DNA from: Lewinellaceae bacterium
GTDB lineage: Bacteria; Bacteroidota; Bacteroidia; Chitinophagales; Saprospiraceae
DNA length: 64,000 bases
Assembly (NCBI GenBank): GCA_020636025.1
Contig: JACJYQ010000001.1
Span: 417,163-481,162, forward strand
Direction of reading: 5' to 3'
The notes under the pieces are model-generated. The model was given only the letters and a program-made list of their open reading frames with translations. It ran no database searches and was not told where the DNA came from. The translations under genes and the position numbers were made by a program. Within the stretch, counting starts at the first letter, position 1. Every line of letters starts with the position of its first letter. Shown in pieces: positions 10,085-18,961 of the stretch.

Positions 10085-10717
10085 ATGAAAAGAAGAGATC
10101 TCTTGAAGGGCATAAGTTTGAGTTCACTGGGTTTGGTTGGACTAAATCCCCAGGTAAAGGCTGCGGAAGTGTTGGATCCGCTTGATCCACCGAGTGACAA
10201 AAAGAAACGCAAACCTTTTAAGCAGTACGGCCGTACAAAATACGAGGAGGAACGAGACGCCAAATTATTTGAGGATGATTTCTTCAATAAGCACGAAATG
10301 AAAACCATTTCTGTGTTGGTAGACATCATCATCCCAAAAGACGAGCACTCCGGAAGCGCCACAGAAGCCGGGGTGCCCGATTTTATTGAATTTATGGCCA
10401 AGGACCGACCCGAATGGCAGACACCCTTGCGAGGTGGACTTAGCTGGTTGGACAATCAATCGAAAAAACGGTTTGGGAATGACTTTATTGATGTGTCAGA
10501 AGTGCAACGCATTGAAATTGTGGAGGATATAGCTTTCCCGGAACGGAAGAAGCGGGGGATGAGCCAGGGCATTGCCTTCTTTACGCTGATGCGAAATCTG
10601 ACAGCCTCCGGCTTTTGGTCAAGCAAAATGGGCATTGAAGACATCGGTTATATGGGGAATGTCCCGAACCTTTGGGACGGGCCGCCTGACGAAGTGATTC
10701 GGCAGTATGATCTGTAA
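10085..10717 (+). CDS. Gluconate 2-dehydrogenase subunit-3-family small subunit with twin-arginine signal
   Basis: MKRRDLLKGISLSSLGLVG Tat-type N-terminus, 210 aa, starting 20 nt after the GMC gene. The same pairing is repeated at 50611-52922. Confidence 0.75.
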   Translation: MKRRDLLKGISLSSLGLVGLNPQVKAAEVLDPLDPPSDKKKRKPFKQYGRTKYEEERDAKLFEDDFFNKHEMKTISVLVDIIIPKDEHSGSATEAGVPDFIEFMAKDRPEWQTPLRGGLSWLDNQSKKRFGNDFIDVSEVQRIEIVEDIAFPERKKRGMSQGIAFFTLMRNLTASGFWSSKMGIEDIGYMGNVPNLWDGPPDEVIRQYDL

Positions 10718-10718
10718 T

Positions 10719-11882
10719 TCAGGTATTTGTAAAAGTTCTGGCCAGTAACCTTTCCATCTCATCCTTTTTGAAAGGTGCTTGAAACAAATCAAGCGTTTCT
10801 TGATAGCATCTAAAAAAGTCGGTAATAAAATGTACCCGCTCTTTTAGGTTAGTCCAGTCAAGCGCTCCGCTCATGGCTGTGCTATTGGGACTTGGGTCTA
10901 TGCTTGTCAATAAGTTGTTTAGATCATTGTGTTGGATAAATTTCAGGTTTTCAGGAAATGGTGCTTTCAAATCCTGTGCAAGTTTTATGATTGGCTGATT
11001 GGGCAGTTTTATTTCCATCAAATGGTTGGTCAGGAAAAGGTGAGTTTGCTCATTTAAGGATTGGGCAAAGCGTGAAATGAGTATTTCCACCGGATTGGGC
11101 CGATTAAACAAGGCTCTGAAAAAGGCGCCAATCGCCTCTAACCATCCGGCTTTTGGAAAGAGCAGTTTTCTGATGTTTTTTTCCAATTCAGCTTTATCCC
11201 CAAGACCAGCGTTTAAGGCGCCTTCAATTTCCGATTGAAGCCTTGTTTGCTCGTGAAGTCCAATTTGTATGTTGGCAAAAAACACCAGTTCCGCCTTTTT
11301 CTTTGCGTCATTTTCAGACAAGGCAAGTTCGTATTGTTGAAACGCACTTTTTAATAATTGCTGGCCATTTGGCAAATCACCCGGCAGAAAGGAATCATAA
11401 AATTCAGAAAGCAGTTGCTTCTGTTTTGTTGGGTTCGGATCGAATGTCTCCAGGAATCTGGCAAATTTTTCTCCAATTTCAGCATATACTTTGAGGTTAC
11501 CTAAGCCTATGAATTTGCTGGTAATTCCCAGGGAGGTGTTTATGTCAATTTGCGCCCAAATTTTCCTGATCAATTCATGTTTGTTGCTGATTTTTCCATT
11601 TTCAAGCGCCTCAAAAATCACTGTTTCCAACAATGAAGCAAGCTCTGTTCCGGTTCGCAGATGTTCGGCCAGTCGCAGGGTTAAATCTTCCTTCCGAATG
11701 GTATATCCTGCCTGAAGTGAAGCCCAGGTGGCAAAACAGCACCAATTCGCTTCGTTTCCCATAAGTTTCCCAAAAGCCAGGGCCAGGTCGTGATAGCTTT
11801 GGGTGATGTAGTAATTTCTTGTAACCGGATCCACCATACCCGTTATCATTTTCACATCCTCTATGGAAATCAAAGGCTTCAT
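10719..11882 (-). CDS. Hypothetical all-helical cytoplasmic protein (387 aa), family not recognised
   Basis: Long ORF with no signal peptide or TM segment. It is last in a tightly spaced minus-strand string (a 9-nt gap to the upstream gene). Confidence 0.65.
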   Translation of the reverse strand: MKPLISIEDVKMITGMVDPVTRNYYITQSYHDLALAFGKLMGNEANWCCFATWASLQAGYTIRKEDLTLRLAEHLRTGTELASLLETVIFEALENGKISNKHELIRKIWAQIDINTSLGITSKFIGLGNLKVYAEIGEKFARFLETFDPNPTKQKQLLSEFYDSFLPGDLPNGQQLLKSAFQQYELALSENDAKKKAELVFFANIQIGLHEQTRLQSEIEGALNAGLGDKAELEKNIRKLLFPKAGWLEAIGAFFRALFNRPNPVEILISRFAQSLNEQTHLFLTNHLMEIKLPNQPIIKLAQDLKAPFPENLKFIQHNDLNNLLTSIDPSPNSTAMSGALDWTNLKERVHFITDFFRCYQETLDLFQAPFKKDEMERLLARTFTNT

Positions 11883-11891
11883 ATTGGCTTC

Positions 11892-12656
11892 TTAATAAAT
11901 GTATGGTATTACAATTTTCCGGTCGCTGGGATAATCACTAAAATTCTTGTGATACCAGTCGTGGTGATTTTTGGCCCTTGGAATCAGGTTTGCCATCGTC
12001 CAGATCATAAAGCTGAGTGCAGGAAGATTCCAGGCCATTAAGGCAAATCCACTCCATTCTATGATCTCACCAAACAGGTTTGGAGAGGTAATTCGGTTGA
12101 ACAAAAATCCATGCGGGATTTTGTACCCTGTTTCGCCAGGTTTCCGCAAGTTGATCAGCACATTATCGGATTTAATATTGATGTACATGCCAAGGAAAAA
12201 AAGCGTGATGCCTGCCATGAAATTGGGTTGATAAAGCCAATCGGTGCCATACTTATCCGGGGAAGCCAGTTCTGCCAGATAATACCCGTTTAACCCGGCA
12301 TTTACCAGGTTGAAGCTTATGGCGCTCAACACAATAAACAGGGGCATCTTTTTCGGAGTTGGTTTTATCCGAAAAGGGTAAATAATCGTCCTGTTGGTGT
12401 AGTGAATGATCCACAACCCAAACAATATCCATACATACGAATCGAATGAATGAGTACCCTGAAAAAGAAAATAACACATGATCGCCAGGGAAGGGAACTC
12501 CATGATTATCCAGCCCAGATTGTTGTTAATGCTTATGCCCCATTTTTCAGAGGTATGCCGTCCAAATGGGGCCGTCACATAAAACATGGTGACGTGGACA
12601 AACAGTGCGATTGCTATCCAAACAATTGTAATAGTATTGAAAGATTCGAGCGTCAT
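11892..12656 (-). CDS. Steroid 5-alpha-reductase / DUF1295-family membrane reductase
   Basis: 254 aa, multi-TM, with C-terminal block ...RAKNHHDWYHKNFSDYPSDRKIVIPYIY typical of the 3-oxo-5-alpha-steroid 4-dehydrogenase family. Confidence 0.75.
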   Translation of the reverse strand: MTLESFNTITIVWIAIALFVHVTMFYVTAPFGRHTSEKWGISINNNLGWIIMEFPSLAIMCYFLFQGTHSFDSYVWILFGLWIIHYTNRTIIYPFRIKPTPKKMPLFIVLSAISFNLVNAGLNGYYLAELASPDKYGTDWLYQPNFMAGITLFFLGMYINIKSDNVLINLRKPGETGYKIPHGFLFNRITSPNLFGEIIEWSGFALMAWNLPALSFMIWTMANLIPRAKNHHDWYHKNFSDYPSDRKIVIPYIY

Positions 12657-12662
12657 AGGGCT

Positions 12663-13658
12663 TCATTGATTAATGCTAAAATGCCAATTGTAAAAGTCCC
12701 GGATGCTTTCTTCCAAAGGTCGTACGGCATGGTTTAAATTTTTGGCTGCCTTTGAGTTGTCCATATTCGGGTGTCCGGACTTGAGCGCGTGAATGGATTC
12801 TTTGGTGAAGGATGGGGCAGCTCCTATAAATCGGCTATACCATTTTACAAAAGGAAGCAGTGCTTGCAAAACCCAAAAAGGCAAAACCATTTTTGGGACT
12901 TTTTGACCACTAACTTGTTGAATGACTTTGGCAAATTGAGTCATGCTGTAATAACGACCGCTTAGGTTGTAGATCTCCCGGTCTTTGCCATTTTCTATAG
13001 CTGAAAAAATGCTCGAAGCCACATCCCGAACATCTACAAAATTATAACCACCGGGGGGAAGCACCGGGATTTTTCGGTGATAAAAGTCGAGAAGCACTTT
13101 TCCAAGTTCCGAGGGTTTGAAATCAAAAGGGCCAATCACAGCGCTGGGCCTGAGAATTACTATTTGCGTTTTAGAAAATGACTTGTTTTGTAACAAAATC
13201 TGCTCAGCTTTTGCCTTCGAATAATCATACCTGAAATCCTGTTCAGTTTTATAAGGACGGTTTTCATCAAAAACTCCTGATAAGGGGTACTCTTGCACAG
13301 CATGTACGCTGCTGATGTGAATGATCTTTTTTACTTGATGAAGTTCTGCAAGCTCCTTCATCAATTTTGTCCCCTCGGTGTTTGTTTTAAAGACTCTGCC
13401 ATCCGGATCGCCGTTTATGCTGATGACTGCGGCACAATGAATCACTACCTCACAGCCTGACACAAACCTGGACAAATCTTCTCTGGACAATATGTCGCCT
13501 TGTATTTTGGTAACTGGCAAGTCATCTAATCCTCTGGGATCCCGATTGAACATGGCCTTTACGTCATATCCTTTTTCTGCCAGTAGCCGGCATACTACAT
13601 TGCCAATGTGGCCGCTGGCTCCCGTAACGGCTATTGATTTAGCTCGTATATCTGCCAC
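12663..13658 (-). CDS. Extended-SDR NAD(P)-dependent epimerase/dehydratase/reductase family protein
   Basis: N-terminal VTGASGHIGNVVCRLL glycine motif and catalytic Y-x3-K (YSKAK). 331 aa. Confidence 0.8.
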   Translation of the reverse strand: MADIRAKSIAVTGASGHIGNVVCRLLAEKGYDVKAMFNRDPRGLDDLPVTKIQGDILSREDLSRFVSGCEVVIHCAAVISINGDPDGRVFKTNTEGTKLMKELAELHQVKKIIHISSVHAVQEYPLSGVFDENRPYKTEQDFRYDYSKAKAEQILLQNKSFSKTQIVILRPSAVIGPFDFKPSELGKVLLDFYHRKIPVLPPGGYNFVDVRDVASSIFSAIENGKDREIYNLSGRYYSMTQFAKVIQQVSGQKVPKMVLPFWVLQALLPFVKWYSRFIGAAPSFTKESIHALKSGHPNMDNSKAAKNLNHAVRPLEESIRDFYNWHFSINQ

Positions 13659-13669
13659 CGTAACTAAGA

Positions 13670-14077
13670 TTATTTATCGGATAAACGGTTGCCGGATACA
13701 TCGAACAATAAATTATGCCTTCTGACTTCAGCTTCATAGACAACCGAGCTATCAACCTTCTCAATCCTGGCAGCTTCTTTTACCTTTTTTCCGGCAAGGG
13801 CTTTTTTTACTGCATCGGGCAGTTCTGTGACTTTAATTTCAGTCTCAGTTTCCAGTAATTGTCCACTTTTGCTGAAGGTTGCTGATTTTTCCACTTCTTT
13901 TTGTTCGAATTCCGCTTCCCAGTTGCCATCTTTTTCTTTTCTCCATTTCAGATCTTCTACTTCCTTGAAATGCTGTTCAAATGACGATTTTACTTTGGCA
14001 GGAACCGACTTTTTTTGCGCGCTTGCTGTGAGGCCAAAGGCAAGAAATACAAGAATTAGTAAGTGTAATTTTTTCAT
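13670..14077 (-). CDS. PepSY-like (beta-lactamase-inhibitor-like, DUF2874-type) secreted protein
   Basis: Signal peptide MKKLHLLILVFLAFGLTASAQ from ATG 14077. Duplicated module VPAKVKSSFEQHF..WRKEKDGNWEAEF / LPDAVKKALAGKKVKEA..VVYEAEV. The tracked start 14215 adds 46 unlikely residues. Confidence 0.7.
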   Translation of the reverse strand: MKKLHLLILVFLAFGLTASAQKKSVPAKVKSSFEQHFKEVEDLKWRKEKDGNWEAEFEQKEVEKSATFSKSGQLLETETEIKVTELPDAVKKALAGKKVKEAARIEKVDSSVVYEAEVRRHNLLFDVSGNRLSDK

Positions 14078-14231
14078 AATATTTAGAATTTTTGGTACTT
14101 GATTCAGAGCTTTGTCAGCGTTTAAGTTAAATAATAAACTAACATAATATATGCACAATTTTTCAGTTTGTGAAATTGTCATATATCTGACAGAACAAGT
14201 TGCAAACGGGGTCATTGAAAGTACTTATAAT

Positions 14232-14239
14232 TACTTTTG
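14232..14239 (+). promoter_or_regulatory. Candidate Bacteroidota -7 promoter box TACTTTTG (TAnnTTTG)
   Basis: Exact match to the TAnnTTTG pattern, 86 nt upstream of ATG 14325. Confidence 0.35.
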
Positions 14240-14248
14240 ATGCAATTA

Positions 14249-14273
14249 TTCCTAATTGATTATCAATTAGGAA
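14249..14273. promoter_or_regulatory. 25-bp perfect palindrome TTCCTAATTGAT-T-ATCAATTAGGAA, a candidate operator
   Basis: Read directly. It has 12-nt perfectly complementary arms around a single central base. It lies 10 nt downstream of the -7 box and about 52 nt upstream of the start codon of the FN3/GH-A-like gene. Confidence 0.5.
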
Positions 14274-14324
14274 CATATTTTAAAGTCGATTACACGATTT
14301 CTTATTAATCTCAAAAGCTTCCGC

Positions 14325-17126
14325 ATGTTTAGGTATTACCTGCCGAGAACCTGGCTCTTGGTTATTTCATTTTGGTGCATCCAATATACGCTTTCCTCAC
14401 AATGTGCTGCTCCTGACTCTGTATGGCTGAATGCTCATCCGGAGAGCAATTCTGTTGTACTTGATTGGTCTCAAAACGGAACCGGATCACTTTATCAGTT
14501 AAGATTCTGGGAAGCGACTCAGCCTGGTGATAAAACAATTATCGAGGATCTTGTAAGTCCTCCTTTTTTGCTGGATGGATTGAGAAGATTTACCACCTAT
14601 GGCATTCAGGTCAGGGCCCAATGTGGCGCTGCTTTTTCAGATTGGAGTGATCAATTGAGTTTTTTGACGGAACAATCAACTCAAGTGTGCAGTAACCCAT
14701 CTGGAATTTTAATATCCAGCATTCCCGGTAAAATAGATATTAGCTGGTCGTCTCCTGAACCGCACACCATTCGCTACCGCAATGGTTTTAACGGCAATTG
14801 GCAAATACCGGCTGGTGGGTTATCCATAACCGGCAATAATTTTCAAATCAAAAATTTGCTGGAAGGATGGTATCAGGTAGAAATTAAAAAGAATTGCGCC
14901 ACGAGTTCCAGTTATTACAGGCGTTTTCTGATTGCTGTTGACAAAGCATGTCCACTTCCGGATACACTATCCATCGAGACAAGTACCCACAGTGCCGATG
15001 TGATTTTACCATCTGCCAATGGTGTTACAGGTTATAAACTCGAATACAAGGAAGCAAACGCAGCCAACTGGGTGTTGGCCGGAGCTAATATTCCCCCTTC
15101 AGCAGCAGTATTAAGTCCGCTTACACCCGGTACTCAATATTTGGTCAGAATACAGGCACAATGTCCTTTTGGGGTTAGTGAAATGTCAAGTCCTATATCA
15201 TTTGTTACACAGGGAGCCACTAATTCATGCTTGCACGATAAAGACTTTGGCAAAGATCTCAACGATGCTCAATTGGCAGAAGTTGCAGCAAGCTATAACA
15301 ATCCAAGTCCTTATACGCTAGGCTCAATGATGGGTGTGAATGACGGGGGGCTTAATTTCAGATCCTATTATTTTTCAAGTGAAAATCCGATCACTGAGCT
15401 GACAACCCAGTTAAGGAATTTTCACACCATGGATGAGGATTTTGATAACAGCTTAGGCACTTATTTCGAAAATACCAAGCCAAAAGAAACCTCGCCTGAA
15501 GGGACACCCGCCTTTATGGACAGAAATAAGTTATTTTATACGGCATATCAATCACATGGATTTAATGACATTACAGCTGCCGTAGAACTGTTAAATTACT
15601 ATCCTTTAAGCTGGAAAGACAAGTTTTTCCTGGAAAGTGATTGGTCTGTTTTAGGTCCCGCGGGCATAGCAGGCTCCTTTGAAAATTATGTAAAAAAGTT
15701 CATAGACGAACTTGCTCCGGCTGACTCAGCCGGACAGTTAATCTCATCCATACAGATCGGTAATGAGTTGTGGGATTATCCAATTAAAAAGGATTATCAC
15801 AGTCTGCTTTCAGGTGCCAGCAAAGCACTAAATGATCGTTATGGCCCCAAAAATGCCGGTGGCTGGAAATTAAGATTTATAGCGGGTGCTTTTCAGGCTT
15901 ACCGCGACAATTCTTGTAACGAAATACTCCAGGATGTCTCCAATTGCGGCGCCAGCCTTGATCGCCATGATTTTATTGGCGACAAACTGGATGTGACCGA
16001 TTGTAATATTTTACGGGAGCTGGATGCCATTGATTGTCATCCTTATAGTTTTCTGCCCAGAACCTTAAGCTGGACACATCCTGAAAATCCATTCTCGGAA
16101 GGTTTGCAAATCAGACATCTGGCGGCCTGGTTGCAGGCAAACCGGGATAGCACCACGGGAGTTTTATGGAATACACGTCTTTGGTCGACGGAGTTTGGCT
16201 TCGATAGTAATCCGGCAAGTGGTGTAGGGGAAGAAACACAATCGGCCTACCTGATTCGCGGGTTTTTACAACACAGCCGGTACCATTTTGAAAAGGTGTT
16301 TTTCTACAATGCATTTGATCACTCGAGGGAATCAGATCCATCCTATATGTATTTATACAACAGCTCCGGATTTTGGAGGCTGGGCACTCATCCGCAAAAT
16401 AACGCCTGGGCATCTCCATTGCCTGAGCACGGCGCCAGTCCCAAACCTGCCTGGTTTGGTATGTTGGATGTGAAAAGCAGATTTGCCGATCATGTTTTTT
16501 ACAAGGCATTGCTCGAGGATGGAGACGCTTACGTTTATCTGCTTGCTTTGCCTGATGGGACAGATCCATATCTGGTATTCTGGTCGCCAACCTCCACCGA
16601 TGATCAGAATGTTGAAACGGATATTTTCGTTAATAAGCAAATATCCTGGGATGGACTTTTACCTGTCGATTATAAGATAAATTCTGTTTTTGCCCAGGAA
16701 TTTGCCAACAGCAGTGATCCTGGCAAACTGTACTTTGCTATCGCGGGAGATGATTGCAATGGCACCTCCTTACATACCATTCGACGGTACCCAGCCTTTC
16801 TGAAACTAACGGAATGCGGCGATTTCGGCAGGGACGCAGAAGACAGAAACGCCAATTTAGCACAGCCTGACCTGGCTAAAGAAGTAAGTATTTACCCAAA
16901 TCCGGGAAGTGATAAACTGATGGTGAATCTCCCGGATTTAAAGGGGGGAGATGTGCAGATCACCGTGGTTTCCACTACCGGGCAAATGGTATTAAAAGAA
17001 ATTGTTTCCGCAGTGAATAACCGCGGGCAATTTGTATTGAATACAGGACGACTGTCTGATGGCTTGTATTTTGTACGAATCCAGCTGCAACAGAATCTAA
17101 TCACCCTTCCATGGGTGAAGCAATGA
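14325..17126 (+). CDS. Secreted FN3-repeat protein with clan-GH-A-like (beta/alpha)8 glycoside hydrolase core and T9SS type-A sorting domain
   Basis: Signal-like N-terminus and about three FN3-like modules in the first ~300 aa. The ordered GH-A motifs are IQIGNELW (acid/base NE), CHPYSF (H-x-Y) and LWSTEFGF (nucleophile E). The C-terminus is VSIYPNPGSDKLMVNL...GLYFVRIQ. Confidence 0.6.
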   Translation: MFRYYLPRTWLLVISFWCIQYTLSSQCAAPDSVWLNAHPESNSVVLDWSQNGTGSLYQLRFWEATQPGDKTIIEDLVSPPFLLDGLRRFTTYGIQVRAQCGAAFSDWSDQLSFLTEQSTQVCSNPSGILISSIPGKIDISWSSPEPHTIRYRNGFNGNWQIPAGGLSITGNNFQIKNLLEGWYQVEIKKNCATSSSYYRRFLIAVDKACPLPDTLSIETSTHSADVILPSANGVTGYKLEYKEANAANWVLAGANIPPSAAVLSPLTPGTQYLVRIQAQCPFGVSEMSSPISFVTQGATNSCLHDKDFGKDLNDAQLAEVAASYNNPSPYTLGSMMGVNDGGLNFRSYYFSSENPITELTTQLRNFHTMDEDFDNSLGTYFENTKPKETSPEGTPAFMDRNKLFYTAYQSHGFNDITAAVELLNYYPLSWKDKFFLESDWSVLGPAGIAGSFENYVKKFIDELAPADSAGQLISSIQIGNELWDYPIKKDYHSLLSGASKALNDRYGPKNAGGWKLRFIAGAFQAYRDNSCNEILQDVSNCGASLDRHDFIGDKLDVTDCNILRELDAIDCHPYSFLPRTLSWTHPENPFSEGLQIRHLAAWLQANRDSTTGVLWNTRLWSTEFGFDSNPASGVGEETQSAYLIRGFLQHSRYHFEKVFFYNAFDHSRESDPSYMYLYNSSGFWRLGTHPQNNAWASPLPEHGASPKPAWFGMLDVKSRFADHVFYKALLEDGDAYVYLLALPDGTDPYLVFWSPTSTDDQNVETDIFVNKQISWDGLLPVDYKINSVFAQEFANSSDPGKLYFAIAGDDCNGTSLHTIRRYPAFLKLTECGDFGRDAEDRNANLAQPDLAKEVSIYPNPGSDKLMVNLPDLKGGDVQITVVSTTGQMVLKEIVSAVNNRGQFVLNTGRLSDGLYFVRIQLQQNLITLPWVKQ

Positions 17127-17129
17127 TGG

Positions 17130-18443
17130 TTACTTGTTGTAGTGCACAACCAGCTTAACTTCCTGTTTGTTCAACCTGAGCTTCAACCACTCTTCAAGCC
17201 TTTGCATGTCCTTGCTTTTCATTTGCTTGTCGCAATTTAGCAGGGTTAAATAAACTGGCTGTGGCTCTTTCTCCGTCGAAGTATTGATGCTTACAGGTTG
17301 AATCACGGCGCTGCTGATAAATGGGTATTGCACCCTGATCTCCTGGAACACTTGATTGCTGATCATTTGCTGGTTGTTGATGCTATCCAGTTGATGAACA
17401 AGTGATTCGCGTTTGGATTCATTGTCTTTATAGGCCAACATCAGTTGGTTCAATTCATCGCTGTTGGTGTTGTCGGGAAGTATGGAGAAGCCCTGCTCTA
17501 CAATCAAATTGGTTTCTTTTAACTTGTAGTACCCCAATTTGGATTTTAGCTCTTCAATGGCCTCATCGGAAATGTCTTCCCCGCCAAATACCAGTTTTAT
17601 TTCTTTTTTGCCAGGATTGATTTCTTTTTTGAGCAGATAGTCATTGGGGAATTTCGCCTCCTGTTCAATAAAGGTATTTGCCCGGAGTTGATAATTGTTT
17701 TGTTGTACCAGATCGTATCCCAGGTAAATACTTGGCATTAGGGTAATGATGATCACTGTCCAGATCAAACGCCTTTCGCGCGCGCGCACACTGGGGTCTT
17801 CGTATCTTTTTACCGGAAATTTCAGAAAAAAAGCAGTAAAAAAAGTGGCAGCGGAAATGAAAACGGTATTGATGATGTACAGATAAAAAGCCCCAAAGAA
17901 ATAGTTGAGCTGCCAGGTTGCCAGCCCATACCCCGCTGTACACAAGGGAGGCATTAGAGCTGTAGCAATGGCAGCACCTGGTATTACATTGCCTTTGAAT
18001 TTACTGGAGAGTGCAAAAATTCCGGCAAAACCGCCGCAAAGCGCAATGAGCACATCGTACACCGTGGGTTGTGTCCGCGCCAGAATTTCAGAGTGGGCCT
18101 CTCGGATTGGAGAAATTAGAAAGTAAATGGTGGACGAAACAAGACCTACAGCAGCTGCAAACAAATAATTTCTGAATGATTGACGGATGATGGTCGGTGA
18201 ATTAATGGCTACTCCGACCCCAAAACCCAGGATAGGCCCCATTAATGGTGAAATAAGCATCGCACCGATTACAACAGCCGTGGAATTGGTATTCAGCCCC
18301 AAACAGGCAATCAAAATAGCAAAGAACAGAATCCACAGATTGGTGCCGTGAAACACCACGCCTTCCTCAATTTTTTTACGAATTACCGTAAAATCTTCTC
18401 TTTCTCGTTGCAATCTAAGGGTGTCGAAGATTTTCAGATTCAT
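17130..18443 (-). CDS. DUF389/TIGR00341-type integral membrane protein with soluble C-terminal half
   Basis: 437 aa with a multi-pass N-terminal half containing MLISPLMGPILGFGVG. ATG start. Confidence 0.65.
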   Translation of the reverse strand: MNLKIFDTLRLQREREDFTVIRKKIEEGVVFHGTNLWILFFAILIACLGLNTNSTAVVIGAMLISPLMGPILGFGVGVAINSPTIIRQSFRNYLFAAAVGLVSSTIYFLISPIREAHSEILARTQPTVYDVLIALCGGFAGIFALSSKFKGNVIPGAAIATALMPPLCTAGYGLATWQLNYFFGAFYLYIINTVFISAATFFTAFFLKFPVKRYEDPSVRARERRLIWTVIIITLMPSIYLGYDLVQQNNYQLRANTFIEQEAKFPNDYLLKKEINPGKKEIKLVFGGEDISDEAIEELKSKLGYYKLKETNLIVEQGFSILPDNTNSDELNQLMLAYKDNESKRESLVHQLDSINNQQMISNQVFQEIRVQYPFISSAVIQPVSINTSTEKEPQPVYLTLLNCDKQMKSKDMQRLEEWLKLRLNKQEVKLVVHYNK

Positions 18444-18483
18444 GTTCTTCAGCTTTGGTGAAAGGTCAGATTCCTGGTTCTAT

Positions 18484-18954
18484 TCAAATTTGTTTGGTTG
18501 CTCCAACTGCTGTGAGCCAGTCTTCGTAGGATAATACACCCAGGTCGAAATTTTGGGGACCGTCAAGCACAGCAATGAATTCAAGTATATTGCCATCGGG
18601 ATCGTCAAAATAAATGGCAACAGCCGGCATCCAGGCAAAGACCATTGGCCTGTCGTTTCCGTCTTTCAGAAAATTGTAAGGTTTCAACCCTCTCGATTCC
18701 AAAAATTCAATGGACTTATTCAACACATCACCAACGCTGCATCTGAATGCAAAATGCCGCTTTTCTATGCTGCCTTCAGGTTTCTCCCAAAGTCCCAGCA
18801 TGTATTCCTGAGGTTTCCCAACCCAGAAAAAAGCAATTCTTCGGTCATTATCGACGGAGGCCAATTGAAGTTCCAGGGTATCTTTATAAAATGCAATAGA
18901 TCGCTCAAGATTGCTGACCGATATATGCGTTTCATAAAGACCTTGGATCATCAT
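18484..18954 (-). CDS. VOC (glyoxalase/bleomycin-resistance/dioxygenase) family protein
   Basis: 156 aa with a paired beta-alpha-beta3 pattern: THISVSNLERSIAFYKDTLEL ... HFAFRC ... DPDGNILEF. Confidence 0.75.
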   Translation of the reverse strand: MMIQGLYETHISVSNLERSIAFYKDTLELQLASVDNDRRIAFFWVGKPQEYMLGLWEKPEGSIEKRHFAFRCSVGDVLNKSIEFLESRGLKPYNFLKDGNDRPMVFAWMPAVAIYFDDPDGNILEFIAVLDGPQNFDLGVLSYEDWLTAVGATKQI

Positions 18955-18961
18955 GCAGATT

